Shown: positions 8,880 to 18,338 of the stretch, in pieces
How positions within the stretch are numbered: position 1 is the stretch's first letter
How the letters are laid out: the number at the start of each line of letters is the position of its first letter
Assembly: GCA_963727445.1 (NCBI GenBank)
Contig: CAVSGI010000015.1
Location: 160,001-224,000, forward strand
Reading direction: 5' to 3'
Origin: an uncultured delta proteobacterium
GTDB lineage: Bacteria > Myxococcota_A > Polyangia > Polyangiales > B10-G4
DNA length: 64,000 nucleotides
Program-made: the position numbers and the translations under genes
The notes under the pieces: model-generated
Database searches by the model: none
Told to the model about the DNA's origin: nothing
The model's input: only the letters and a program-made list of their open reading frames with translations

Positions 8880-11837
8880 TCAGTCGATGGCGCGATGGAT
8901 GCGATTCGCTAGCCGGCGCTCCGCATCCGCCTCGTCGTCGGCGCCCAGCGCCTCCAGGCACGTCGCGATCTTCTCCGTCAAGAAGGCATCGGCCGGCGTC
9001 AGACGGCGCGCCTCCTGGTAGCGGCCGAGGGCGAGCTGCGGCCGCCCTGCGCGAAGCTCGATGTCGCCGAGCGTGGTGAGCGCGTCGGCGCGTATGAAGG
9101 GCGGCGGGTCGAGGTCGAGGACCGTCAACAGTGCGTCCCGCGCCTCCAGGTCCTCGCTCACCAGCGCGTGGGTCTTGCCGCGCGAGAGGTAGAGCGTGGC
9201 GACCGATTCGAGGAGCGACGGATCGTCGGGCAGAAGGCCGATGGCTCGCTCACCCGCGCTGATGGCCGCGTCCTCCTCGCCCGCGAGCGCGCGGAGTGTG
9301 AGCGTGCGACCGAGTCCGCCCGCCTCGATCGCCTCGGGCATGACCGCCGCCAATGCGCGCCCCCCGGGCGTGCTCGCCTCGACGCCGATCGCCGAAGGGA
9401 GGCCCGGCAGCTCGGCGAATGCGGCGAGCGCCGTCTCCGATGCGTCACTGTAGAGCGCGCGCGCCGCCCGCGCTTCGAGGCCACCGTCCCGCGCTCGGAG
9501 GATCGGGCTGTCTCCCCCGAGCACCGCCACCCCTTCACCCAGGGTGACCAGACGCGCGAGGATCCCGGGCGGGCTTCCGATACCCGCGCGCCTGAGCCGC
9601 TCAGCCACCTCCGGGTCGGTCGCGCGCTCGGCGATGGCGTCGAGGTCGACGTGGATCGGGATGCCGGACTGGCGCCGCCCGACGAGCATGTAGTCCTGGC
9701 CGCGTACGAGCTCCCAGAGCGTCGCTTCGGGGAACACGTCGTGGAAGGTCGCCGCGATGCTGCGAACAATCGCCATGTCCGTGCCGTAGACGTGGAACCA
9801 GGAAGCGAAGACGCCGCCCTCGTTCAGCCGCTCGCGCGCCGCCGCGAAGGCCTCGCGCGAGAAGAGCTCGCCCATCCCCGCCACCCACGCGTTCGACGGC
9901 TCCGAGACGATGAGGTCGTACTTCGATTCGCCGTGGCGGAGGAGCATCGTACCGTCGACGGGGCGCACCACGACGCGCTCGTCGTCGAGGACGTGCGAGG
10001 TGAAGCGCGCGAAGACCGGGGCCGCGTAGCGGACGCCATCGACGAGCTCCGCCACCTCCACCCGCTCGATGCCGGGAACCGCGCGCACCGCGTCGGCGGT
10101 GGCGCCGGTGCCGAGACCGATGACCAGCGCGCTCTCGGGCGCCTCGGCGAGGACCGCGGGCAAGAGGCCGACCAGGATCTGCGTGGGCGCATCGCCCTGG
10201 CCGCTGCCGTCCACCTTGCCGTCGATCTGCAGCAGGCGCTCGGTTCCGACGGCGCGCACCGTGACCGTCGCTTCGACGCCGTTGTGGACGAAGACCACCT
10301 CGCCCAGCTCCGGGCTCTCGGCGCCTGCGTAGAGGAAGGGGCCGCGCGTGAGGCGGTCTGGATCGAAGCGGCGCGGCGCGCGCACGAGCGCGAGGGCGAC
10401 CAGCGCGAAGCAACCGACGAGGACGCCGGCGTGGCGCGCGCGGAGCGGCGGGCGGCGGGGCTCTCCGCGAAGGCCCGCGACGGCTGCGAGCGCGCCGCCG
10501 GTCGCGAGTGAAAGCGCCGCCGCGACGAAGGCGGGCGACAAGCCGAAGGCCGGCACCCACCAGAAGGTCGAGAGCAGGACGCCGGCGACGTTGCCGAGCG
10601 CACCGGCGGCCACCAGCCACCCGACGTCGTGGGCGGGGGCGCGCTTGCCGTCGCGGCCGAGGGCGGCCACGCCGAAGGGGAAGGCCGCGGCGGCGAAGGC
10701 GATCGGGGCGACGACCGGCAGAAAGAGTGGGAACGAGAGGGAGAGCCAGGGAGGACTCTCGCCCGCGGCGACGCTTTCGTAGACGTGCGCCGCGGCCTCG
10801 GGCCACGAGCCGACGGCGCCGATGCCGAAGAGCGCGGCGGTCGCGGCCAGGAGCACGAAGCCCGCGTACCAGGCGGCGGGCGAGGAGACGCTGCGCGAAA
10901 AGGGCGCGGTGGCGAGGGCGCCGACGGAGAGGGCCAGCACGTAGAGGCCGGCGACGATCGCGAAGCCCTGGATGCTCGGCCCGATGGAGAGGCCCGCCAT
11001 GCGGGCCCACAGGCTCTGGAGCGCCGCGGTGCCCGTGCCGGCGAGGCCGGCGGCGGCGAGGAGGGCGAAGACGAAGGGCGAGGTCGGTGCGGCCACGCGC
11101 GCGCGCTCGGCGGCGGAGGCACCGGCGCCGGCGTCGCGGTTTCGGGCGAGGACCTGCGCTGCGCCGGCGACGCCGAGCTGGATGACGGCGGCGAGGGCGA
11201 CCGCGGTGGGGACGCCGAGATCGGGCACGAGCCAGAACGCGGCGGCGAGCCCGCCGACGACGCCGCCTGCGGCGTGCACGGAGTAGAGCACGCCGGCGTC
11301 GCGCGGGGTGCGGCCGGCGGCGGCGCGCGCCTGCGCGAGGAGCGGAAGGCCGGCGCCCATCGCGAGCGAAGGCGGGGCGAAGAGGACCATGGCGATCAGG
11401 AGCGAGACCACCGTGAATGCCGGGCCCTCGCCGAAGGCGCGGAAGGCCGAGCCGACGATGCCGTCGAACATCGGTGCGACCCAGGGGACCGAGAGGGCGA
11501 TGATCGCGGCGGCGCCTTCGACGCGGGCGAAGCCGCCGAGGGCGCCGAAGCGGCGCACCACGCGGGAGGCGAGGAGACCGCCGAGGCCCATGCCGCCGAG
11601 GATGGCGACGAGGGTGACGGCGACGCCGGCGGCGTCTCCGCCGAGGAGGCCGCGCGCGACGCGCGTCCAGGTCACTTCGTGAACGAGGGCCGCGGCGCCG
11701 ACCAGGGCGTAGAGGCCGGCGATCCAAGCGGCGGGCGGCGCGGCGGACGCCGAGGAAGCGCGCGCCCCTTGCTGAGCCTCGGGCGTGGGCCCTGACTTCG
11801 CCGCGGAGCTCTTCTTCTTTCGGCGCTTCTTCGCCAC
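8880..11837 (-). CDS. Fused multi-TM / spermidine-synthase-like SAM-binding protein with a C-terminal TPR
   Basis: About 12-13 TM segments, then LVIGLGTGATA, VEVAEL and YDLIVSEPSNAW, followed by TPR-like helices. Confidence 0.88.
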   Translation of the reverse strand: MAKKRRKKKSSAAKSGPTPEAQQGARASSASAAPPAAWIAGLYALVGAAALVHEVTWTRVARGLLGGDAAGVAVTLVAILGGMGLGGLLASRVVRRFGALGGFARVEGAAAIIALSVPWVAPMFDGIVGSAFRAFGEGPAFTVVSLLIAMVLFAPPSLAMGAGLPLLAQARAAAGRTPRDAGVLYSVHAAGGVVGGLAAAFWLVPDLGVPTAVALAAVIQLGVAGAAQVLARNRDAGAGASAAERARVAAPTSPFVFALLAAAGLAGTGTAALQSLWARMAGLSIGPSIQGFAIVAGLYVLALSVGALATAPFSRSVSSPAAWYAGFVLLAATAALFGIGAVGSWPEAAAHVYESVAAGESPPWLSLSFPLFLPVVAPIAFAAAAFPFGVAALGRDGKRAPAHDVGWLVAAGALGNVAGVLLSTFWWVPAFGLSPAFVAAALSLATGGALAAVAGLRGEPRRPPLRARHAGVLVGCFALVALALVRAPRRFDPDRLTRGPFLYAGAESPELGEVVFVHNGVEATVTVRAVGTERLLQIDGKVDGSGQGDAPTQILVGLLPAVLAEAPESALVIGLGTGATADAVRAVPGIERVEVAELVDGVRYAAPVFARFTSHVLDDERVVVRPVDGTMLLRHGESKYDLIVSEPSNAWVAGMGELFSREAFAAARERLNEGGVFASWFHVYGTDMAIVRSIAATFHDVFPEATLWELVRGQDYMLVGRRQSGIPIHVDLDAIAERATDPEVAERLRRAGIGSPPGILARLVTLGEGVAVLGGDSPILRARDGGLEARAARALYSDASETALAAFAELPGLPSAIGVEASTPGGRALAAVMPEAIEAGGLGRTLTLRALAGEEDAAISAGERAIGLLPDDPSLLESVATLYLSRGKTHALVSEDLEARDALLTVLDLDPPPFIRADALTTLGDIELRAGRPQLALGRYQEARRLTPADAFLTEKIATCLEALGADDEADAERRLANRIHRAID

Positions 11838-11912
11838 CGCGCGGGAGGCTAGCAGGCCCGAGGCCTGGTGGCAGATGACCGGCGGAGGTGGGGCGCGGGG
11901 GCGGGCGGCGGG

Positions 11913-12515
11913 TCAGCTCTTTTGGGGTCGCGCGAGGAGCTTGGCGGAGAGGGCGCCGGCCAGGAAGCCGAAGAGGTGGCCTTCCCAGGAGATGCCGAGC
12001 TGTCCGGGCAGGACGCCGAAGATCATGCCGCCCCACAGGACGAGCACGAGGAGAGACAGGAGGATCGAGCCGAAGCGTCGCTCGAAGAGGCCGGCGAAGA
12101 GGAGGTAGCCGAAGTAGCCGAAGACGAGACCGCTCGCGCCGATGTGGACCGAGCCCGATGCGCCGATGAGCCAGGTGCCGAGGCCGCCGGCGATCCAGCT
12201 GAGCGCGGTCACGACGTAGAAGTGGCGCTCCTCGCGGAGCATGATCATCCAGCCGAAGAGGAGGATGCCGAGGGTGTTGCCGAAGAGATGAGCGAGGCCG
12301 CCGTGGAGGAGCGGAGCGAAGAGGATGCCCCAGAGGCCGGCGATGCTTCGGGGCTGGATGCCGAAGGCGTCGAGGCGTTGGCCGAGGAAGACGTCGATGA
12401 TCTCGAGGCTCCACATCACGGCGAGGAATCCGAAGAGCACCATCGCGTAGCGCCTGAGGTCGCGCTTGATGGCCGTGAGCTCTTCGCGCGTGCTGAGCTT
12501 CGCTTCGGTTGTCAC
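11913..12515 (-). CDS. Rhomboid intramembrane serine protease
   Basis: LLHGGLAHLFGN, HIGASGLVFG (catalytic Ser), ISWEGHLFG (catalytic His). Confidence 0.92.
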   Translation of the reverse strand: MTTEAKLSTREELTAIKRDLRRYAMVLFGFLAVMWSLEIIDVFLGQRLDAFGIQPRSIAGLWGILFAPLLHGGLAHLFGNTLGILLFGWMIMLREERHFYVVTALSWIAGGLGTWLIGASGSVHIGASGLVFGYFGYLLFAGLFERRFGSILLSLLVLVLWGGMIFGVLPGQLGISWEGHLFGFLAGALSAKLLARPQKS

Positions 12516-12634
12516 TCTGTCACTCGCTCGCGGATCCTCGTTGTCACCATGTCAGAGTACGCCCGCCCTTGCTCGCGCATTCCCGCTTTTCGGTGGGATC
12601 GGGGGCTGGCATGGCGGCTGCAGAACCGGGTGAC

Positions 12635-13075
12635 ATGCAGCGACTTTTCCTTCCGGCGCTCGCGGTGCTCCTCGGCGGCCTCAGCGTCTTCCTCGTGGCC
12701 GATGCCCTGGTGATCACCGACGAGGAGAAGCTCGAAGCCTTCGTCGACGAGCTCACCCACGAGACGCCAGACAAGCGCGTGGATGGAGCGCTCCACTACG
12801 CCGACACCTCGCGCGTCGACGTCGAGGTCACGAGCCCCGAAGACCGCGCGCAGTACGGCGACGGGGAGGACCTCGAGCTCGCCGATCATCTTCGCGACGC
12901 CCTGGCCTCTCTCGACCACGGGTCGGTGAGCCTCATCCAGCGCACGGTGCGCGTGGACGGCGACGACGGCATGGCCGCGCTTCGTCTCGACACCGAAGAG
13001 GGCGTCGTCGACGCCGAGTTCCGTTTCGTCCGCCGCGCTGACGGCTGGCTCCTCCGCCGAGTCCGCGTCCGCTGA
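12635..13075 (+). CDS. Hypothetical membrane-anchored protein (possibly NTF2-like)
   Basis: ATG at 12635, N-terminal TM segment, C-terminal FRFVRRADGWLLRRV strand typical of NTF2-like folds. Confidence 0.6.
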   Translation: MQRLFLPALAVLLGGLSVFLVADALVITDEEKLEAFVDELTHETPDKRVDGALHYADTSRVDVEVTSPEDRAQYGDGEDLELADHLRDALASLDHGSVSLIQRTVRVDGDDGMAALRLDTEEGVVDAEFRFVRRADGWLLRRVRVR

Positions 13076-13329
13076 AAGGGGGACGGTCTACACTTTTCAA
13101 CTTTCCCAAAAGGGGGACGGTCTACACTTTTCAACTTTCCCACCGCGCCCGGGGGCCGAAGTTCCTGCTCTTGCGCTCCCTCCTACGAGTGCACCGAACC
13201 AACCACCCCGCAAGAGTGAGAAGTTTGGGCGTCCGGGCGCGCGGAAAGTTGAAAAGTGTAGACCGTCCCCCTGGGCGAGAAGTTTGGGCGTCCGGGCGCG
13301 CGGAAAGTTGAAAAGTGTAGACCGTCCCC
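13076..13329. repeat. MITE/REP-like inverted-repeat element with duplicated arms
   Basis: GGGGGACGGTCTACACTTTTCAACTTTCC occurs twice in tandem (13078, 13112). Its reverse complement occurs twice (ending about 13271 and 13329). An imperfect inner palindrome is also present. Lies between convergent genes. Confidence 0.88.
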
Positions 13330-13330
13330 G

Positions 13331-13612
13331 TTAGAGGGAGTGGATGGCGGTGGGGGGGATGCCTTCGATGTGGAGGAGCTTGTCGCGGCCGGTGTCGCCG
13401 CGGAGGATGGTGATGGCGCGCTTGGGGACCTTCAGGCGCTTGGCGAGCAGGGCGATGATGGCGGCGTTGGCGGCGCCGTCGACAGGCGGGGCAGTGACGG
13501 AGATCTTGAGGGCGCCGTCGTGGGCGCCGCCGATCTGATCGCGCTTGGCGCGCGGGCTGACGCGGATACGGAAGGTGACGCCGCCGTTCTTCTCCTCGAC
13601 CTCGACCGACAC
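13331..13612 (-). CDS. yggU: DUF167 / YggU family protein
   Basis: IRVSPRAKRDQI...LKISVTAPPVDGAAN...ILRGDTGRDK. Confidence 0.9.
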   Translation of the reverse strand: MSVEVEEKNGGVTFRIRVSPRAKRDQIGGAHDGALKISVTAPPVDGAANAAIIALLAKRLKVPKRAITILRGDTGRDKLLHIEGIPPTAIHSL

Positions 13613-13629
13613 CGGGGTATCGTAGCGCC

Positions 13630-14184
13630 GTGACGAGGAAGAAGCTCGGCGTGGTGTCGCCAGCGTCTCAGGGCCTGGGCCTTCCGACGATCATGGAGCC
13701 GGAGCTCGCCCGCGTGCACGGCGTCCGCTACGTCCACCTCGCCGCCTTCGCCATCGACGTCGACCGGGTGCGCGACGAGGTGGAGACCGAGGCCCTCGAC
13801 CCGCGCTGGCCCTTCGGCTTCGAGGTCTTCCTCACCGAGGTGTGGATCCTCGAGTCGCTCGATGCCGAGGCCGAGCGCGCCATCCTCGAGGCCGCCTGCG
13901 TCGGGGTCATGAAGCGCAGCACCGAGATGCCGGGGCAGCTCTTCGGCGCCCAGCTGCCCTTCGCCGTCTACGACGCCGTCGCCCGCGGCGCGCTCCCCAA
14001 AGAGCTGCGCGCGCTTTTCCGCGCGTGGAAGAACCCGCCGCGCGAGCTGATCCGCGAGATCGCGCCGCTCTGGGAGCGCGCCGACGCCGAGAAGAAGCGC
14101 CTGTCCGCCGCGTGCCTGACGGTGGAGCTCGACCCGCCCCTCGCCCCGCCGACCCTCGCCACACTCGAAGCCTGGGCGACGTGA
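13630..14184 (+). CDS. Hypothetical protein
   Basis: Clean ORF with GC3-rich codon usage. Confidence 0.6.
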   Translation: MTRKKLGVVSPASQGLGLPTIMEPELARVHGVRYVHLAAFAIDVDRVRDEVETEALDPRWPFGFEVFLTEVWILESLDAEAERAILEAACVGVMKRSTEMPGQLFGAQLPFAVYDAVARGALPKELRALFRAWKNPPRELIREIAPLWERADAEKKRLSAACLTVELDPPLAPPTLATLEAWAT

Positions 14185-14203
14185 GCCGAGGACCCGCGCG
14201 CCT

Positions 14204-15170
14204 CTACTGATCGCCCCCTTCGGGGCCCTCGGCCGGCGGCGTCTCTCCGGCCGCTTCCTTCGCCTGCGAGAAGGCGCGAAGCACGGTGGGCGAGGTGCGC
14301 GCCACGTCGAGCTCGAGGTCGGGCTGAACGCTGATCGCCGCGGCGAAGGCCTCGACCGCGAGGTCCGAGCGATCGAGGGCCACGTAGGCCGTGCCGAGCT
14401 CGCGTTGGATGCTCACGATCTGATTGCCGGTGAGCTGACCGCCGCCGAGGAGGCGGTTGCCGAGAGAGACCGCTTCGGCGAAGCGCCCGTGCCTGAGGTC
14501 GTCGCGCAGCTCGGGGATGCGCTCGTCGATCTGCTGCTGCAGCTGCCGGATGCGTCCACCGGTGATCTCTTCGCCGATGGCCTCCTCGATGATCTGCCTG
14601 CCTTCCTCGGAGAGGGTCAGGTCGGAGAGGGGCACGAGCACCACCTGCCCGCGCGCCGGGCGGAGGCCGCGCATGCCGTTGAAGCGCCGGAGCAGTCGCG
14701 CCCCTTCGGAGCCGAGGTCGGGGAAGTACTCGGTGCGAGAGGCGCCGCAGGTTTTCGTTCTGCCCGGCGACGTGACGCAGCGGGTAGGGGATCAGGAGCT
14801 CGGCCCCGACCGCGGGTTGCTCTCCCGCCGCGGTCTCGTTCGCGGTCGTGAGCAGGAATTGGCGCGACCTATCGCCATAGTAGCGCTCCGCGATCTCCGC
14901 CCAGGTCTCCCCTTCCTGCACGATGTGATGCTGCACCCACGGGATGACGAGCCTGAGGCCCACCACGATGGCGGAGCCGCCCTGGGCCGTCAGCCCGTTC
15001 TCGGCCACCAGCACCGTCTCGCGTTGCGGGTCGCCGTAGTAGCTGCTGCGCGATCGACGCGAGGGTCTCGCCTTCGCGCACCACGTGTACGAAGCTGTTG
15101 CCGTCGGCGCGCGCAGACGACGGCCGGCAGGCACGCCGCCAGCGCCATCACGAGCCCGACGCTAGACACG
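14204..15170 (-). CDS. LysM-repeat peptidoglycan-binding protein with a C-terminal TPR (frameshifted)
   Basis: LysM-like HVVREGETLASIAQ..YYGD and HIVQEGETWAEIAERYYGD are split over several frames. The C-terminal TPR-like part lies in ORF 14204..14674. Start is approximate. Confidence 0.75.
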
Positions 15171-15175
15171 AGCTG

Positions 15176-16540
15176 TCAGCCCTCGTCATCGGCGCCCTCC
15201 CCTGCGTCCGCTTCGGGGATCGGCTCGTGAAGGGGCGTGAGCTCCTCTTCGAGCACCTGTGTCTCGCCGGTGACGATGCGCACCTCGCGATCGACCTCGA
15301 CGTAGTACGGGTTCTTCAGCTTCACGTAGTGGAGCCCCGGCGAGAGGGGAACGGCGGCGGCGCGCGGCGTCGTGAACACGTGCTGTCCGTCGATCTCCAC
15401 CTCGGCCCACGGATCGACCACGAACTGGAGATAGCCAGCGTGCGCCGGAATCACGGAGTTGCTCGTCTGCGAGCGCGAAGCTCTCCGCGCCCCTCGTCGA
15501 AGCGCCCGCTCGCCACCTGGATCGCGCCGCCGGAAACGACGATCGCCACAGCCAGAGCCGCCTGGACCATGGCCACGTTCTGGACGAGCTTCCTGTCGAA
15601 GCGGACCGCGTCGCACCGCGCTGCGTGGCCCGGCGGCGGCGAGGATCTCCTCGGCCTCGTCGTCGGTGAGGACACCCGATGTCGCGCAGGTACATCACCA
15701 GCCGCGCGTTGTGGTTCATCGGCACCCGCGACGCGAGGAACTCCATCAGGTCGTCGATCAGCGCCTGGGTGGTCGGATACCGGTTGGCCGGCATCTTCTC
15801 CATGCAGCGCGCCATGATCCGCTCGAGCCCGCGCGGCACCTCCGCGTTGAGCTTGCGCGGGCCGTGTAGCGGTCGAGGCGGATCTTCTGCATCACGGTGC
15901 GCGAGTCGTCCTCGACGAAGGGCTTGCGACCGGTGAGCATCTGGTAGAGCACGATGCCGAGCGAGAAGATGTCGCTGCGGAAGTCGAGCTTGTCGCCGAG
16001 GATCTGCTCGGGGCTCATGTAGCTCGGCGTGCCCAAGCCCGGTGCCGGTCTCCGTGAGGTCGCAGAGCGTGTCGTCGCGGGCGATGCCGAAGTCCATCAG
16101 CTTCACCTCGCCCTGATGCGAGATCATGACGTTGGCCGGCTTGATGTCGCGGTGGATGATGCCGCGGAAGTGCGCGTAGTCGAGGGCGCGCGCGACCTGC
16201 AGGGCGATGATGGCGGCGACCTCGACGGGGAGCACGCGGCGTGCGCTCGAGGAGGTCGTAGAGGTCGATGCCCTGCACGTACTCCATGATGATGTACATC
16301 GTCCGGCCGTCTTTGATGAAGTCGTAGACGTGGAGGATGTTCTCGTGCTGCAGCGAGGCCATGAAGTGGGCCTCGCGCTCGAAGCGCTTCGCGAACTGGC
16401 TGTCGACCGCGATGGACGGCTTGAGCGCCTTGATCGCGACCTCGCGGCCCGAGCGGCTCCTGCACGGCCTTGTAGACGACGGCCATGCCGCCACTGCCGA
16501 TCTCGCCGAGGATCCGGCAGTTGCCGATCTTGTCCACCAT
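15176..16540 (-). CDS. Ser/Thr protein kinase with TM and PEGA-like domain (frameshifted)
   Basis: Motifs in different frames: [47 protein letters not shown], and [11 protein letters not shown] (PEGA-like). Confidence 0.85.
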
Positions 16541-16653
16541 GACAGCCGTGCGAATCTTACCAGGCACCGGGAGATTTCGGTCAAAACAACCCCCTACAAT
16601 TCCGGTCGCTTAGCGGTTGACCCCCAAAGCCGCGCTCGGCAGGATGGAAGCTC

Positions 16654-18093
16654 GTGTCCTCACTGCCCCCCCGCCCGGACGCCGACGACGCGGCCCTGGT
16701 CCTGGGACTGCGGGAGCGGGACCCGAGCGCCTGGGAGCTCTTCCTCTCCCGCTACGGTCGCGCCCTGCGCACGGTGGTCGTCCGCGTGGTGGATGAACGC
16801 CGGGGTGGAACCCTGGGTGAGGTGCCAGCCTGCGTCCAGGTCGCGGGCAAGTTCCTCAAGGAGGGTCTGCTCGAGCGCTATCGGGGCGACGCGTCTCTCC
16901 GCTGCTACATGGCCTCCGCGGTGCGCGGCGAGATCACGTCGTATCTGCAGGACGTCACCCCGCCCGCCAGCCTGATCGCGTCGCTGCCGACCCCCGCGAG
17001 CCTCTTCCTCGACGAGGTGCTCGCCGAAGAGCCGGCGAAGCGCGCCGGGAGCGTCGTCGACCGGATGACGCCCAACATGGCGGGCCTGCTCCGCCTGCGC
17101 TTGCGCGGCCTCGACCGCGCGGACATCGGGGGCACGCTCGGGCTCACCGACGAGACCGTCCGGGGTCACCTCGAGCATCTCGCCCAGCGCCTCGGCGAGC
17201 TCGACGAAGAGGAGCCGGACTACGCGGACGTCGCATGGCGGATGCTCCTCGACGCGGCGCCCGTCGACGAGCGGGTCGCGACCGCGCGCCGCACGCTGCG
17301 CGATGCGCGATTCGCGCGGGTGCGCTCTGTGGTGGAGAGCACCTTCCGCGCGCTCCGCCTGCGCGAGCTCCTGCGCCTGCATCCCAAGGTCGCGGAGTGC
17401 CTGGACGAGGAGGCCGCCGCCTCTTTCGTGGACGGCTCGGCGAAGGGTCCGGATCGCACGCGCGCGGAAGGACACATCGGCACCTGTCCGCGCTGCATCG
17501 ACGCCGTGGCGACGCTCACCATGGACGTCCGCACCATCGACGCCCTGCGGGACGTGACCGACTGGAACGCGGAGCTCGCGGTCGCGGCGGCGTGCATCAC
17601 CACCACGCGCTTTCGCGCCGCGGAGATGTTGGCGGAGGGCGCCCATGGCCCGGAGGAGCGAACGCGGGCGATCATCCGCCTCGCGCGGATCGGGCTCTCG
17701 CTCACCGGTGGCGTGCGCGAGATGGTGGCCGAGCCGAGCGGCGTGGTGCCCATGAACGTACCGAGCGACTCCGATGCGCCGCTGGTCGCGCTCGAAGCGC
17801 TCGTGCGGGCGGACACCCACTCGGCTCTGCGCGCCATCGACGACGAGCTGGCACGCGGGGTGGTCGGCGCCCGGCTGCGTCTCCTCGCGCTGGCCGGGGA
17901 GGACGACGCGAGCGACGGAAGAGCGCTGGCTGAGGAGATCCTCGGCCGCAGCCAGTCGGACCCCGGCCTGGTCACCGACGCGCGCGCCACACTCGCCATC
18001 CCGCCGGGCGACTCCATGCCCCGTGAGATCCTGATCGAGCGCGTGCGCGACACCCTCCCGGCCGTCGTCCGCTACCTCGCGACCACCCTCTGA
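16654..18093 (+). CDS. ECF-sigma-like protein fused to a zf-HC2 (ZAS) zinc finger
   Basis: N-terminal DAALV..LRERDPSAWELFLSRY..RYRGDASLRCYM (sigma2-like), LLRLRLRGLDRADIGGTLGLTDETVRGHL (sigma4 HTH-like), and ECLDEE...EGHIGTCPRC (HxxxCxxC). Confidence 0.65.
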   Translation: MSSLPPRPDADDAALVLGLRERDPSAWELFLSRYGRALRTVVVRVVDERRGGTLGEVPACVQVAGKFLKEGLLERYRGDASLRCYMASAVRGEITSYLQDVTPPASLIASLPTPASLFLDEVLAEEPAKRAGSVVDRMTPNMAGLLRLRLRGLDRADIGGTLGLTDETVRGHLEHLAQRLGELDEEEPDYADVAWRMLLDAAPVDERVATARRTLRDARFARVRSVVESTFRALRLRELLRLHPKVAECLDEEAAASFVDGSAKGPDRTRAEGHIGTCPRCIDAVATLTMDVRTIDALRDVTDWNAELAVAAACITTTRFRAAEMLAEGAHGPEERTRAIIRLARIGLSLTGGVREMVAEPSGVVPMNVPSDSDAPLVALEALVRADTHSALRAIDDELARGVVGARLRLLALAGEDDASDGRALAEEILGRSQSDPGLVTDARATLAIPPGDSMPREILIERVRDTLPAVVRYLATTL

Positions 18094-18112
18094 AAGCCCC
18101 GCCCGACGGCTA

Positions 18113-18310
18113 CCCGCCCCTGTCGCCGGCCGAAGGCCGCGACCCGGCGGCGAAGCCGCCGTGCAGGGGAGGCCGACAGCACCCCCAGCTCTATCCGGGG
18201 CGGCGGTATCGCCGCCCCGCTCCTCGCCCATCTGTCGGTCGGCCGCGGGGACGCAGTCCCCGAGGGGAGCGTGGAGGGGGCGAAAGCCCCCTCACCAAAA
18301 CAAAACCTCG
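18113..18310 (+). repeat. Single diverged copy of the 211-bp multi-hairpin repeat
   Basis: Closely matches the reverse complement of the 36.1-36.9 kb unit, e.g. GTGCAGGGGAGGCCGACAGCAC, CAGCTCTATCCGGGGCGGCGGTATCGCCGCCCCGCTC and GGGGACGCAGTCCCCGAGGG. Confidence 0.92.
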
Positions 18311-18338
18311 TCTCGCGCAGCTCGTTCCGTCGGACTCC

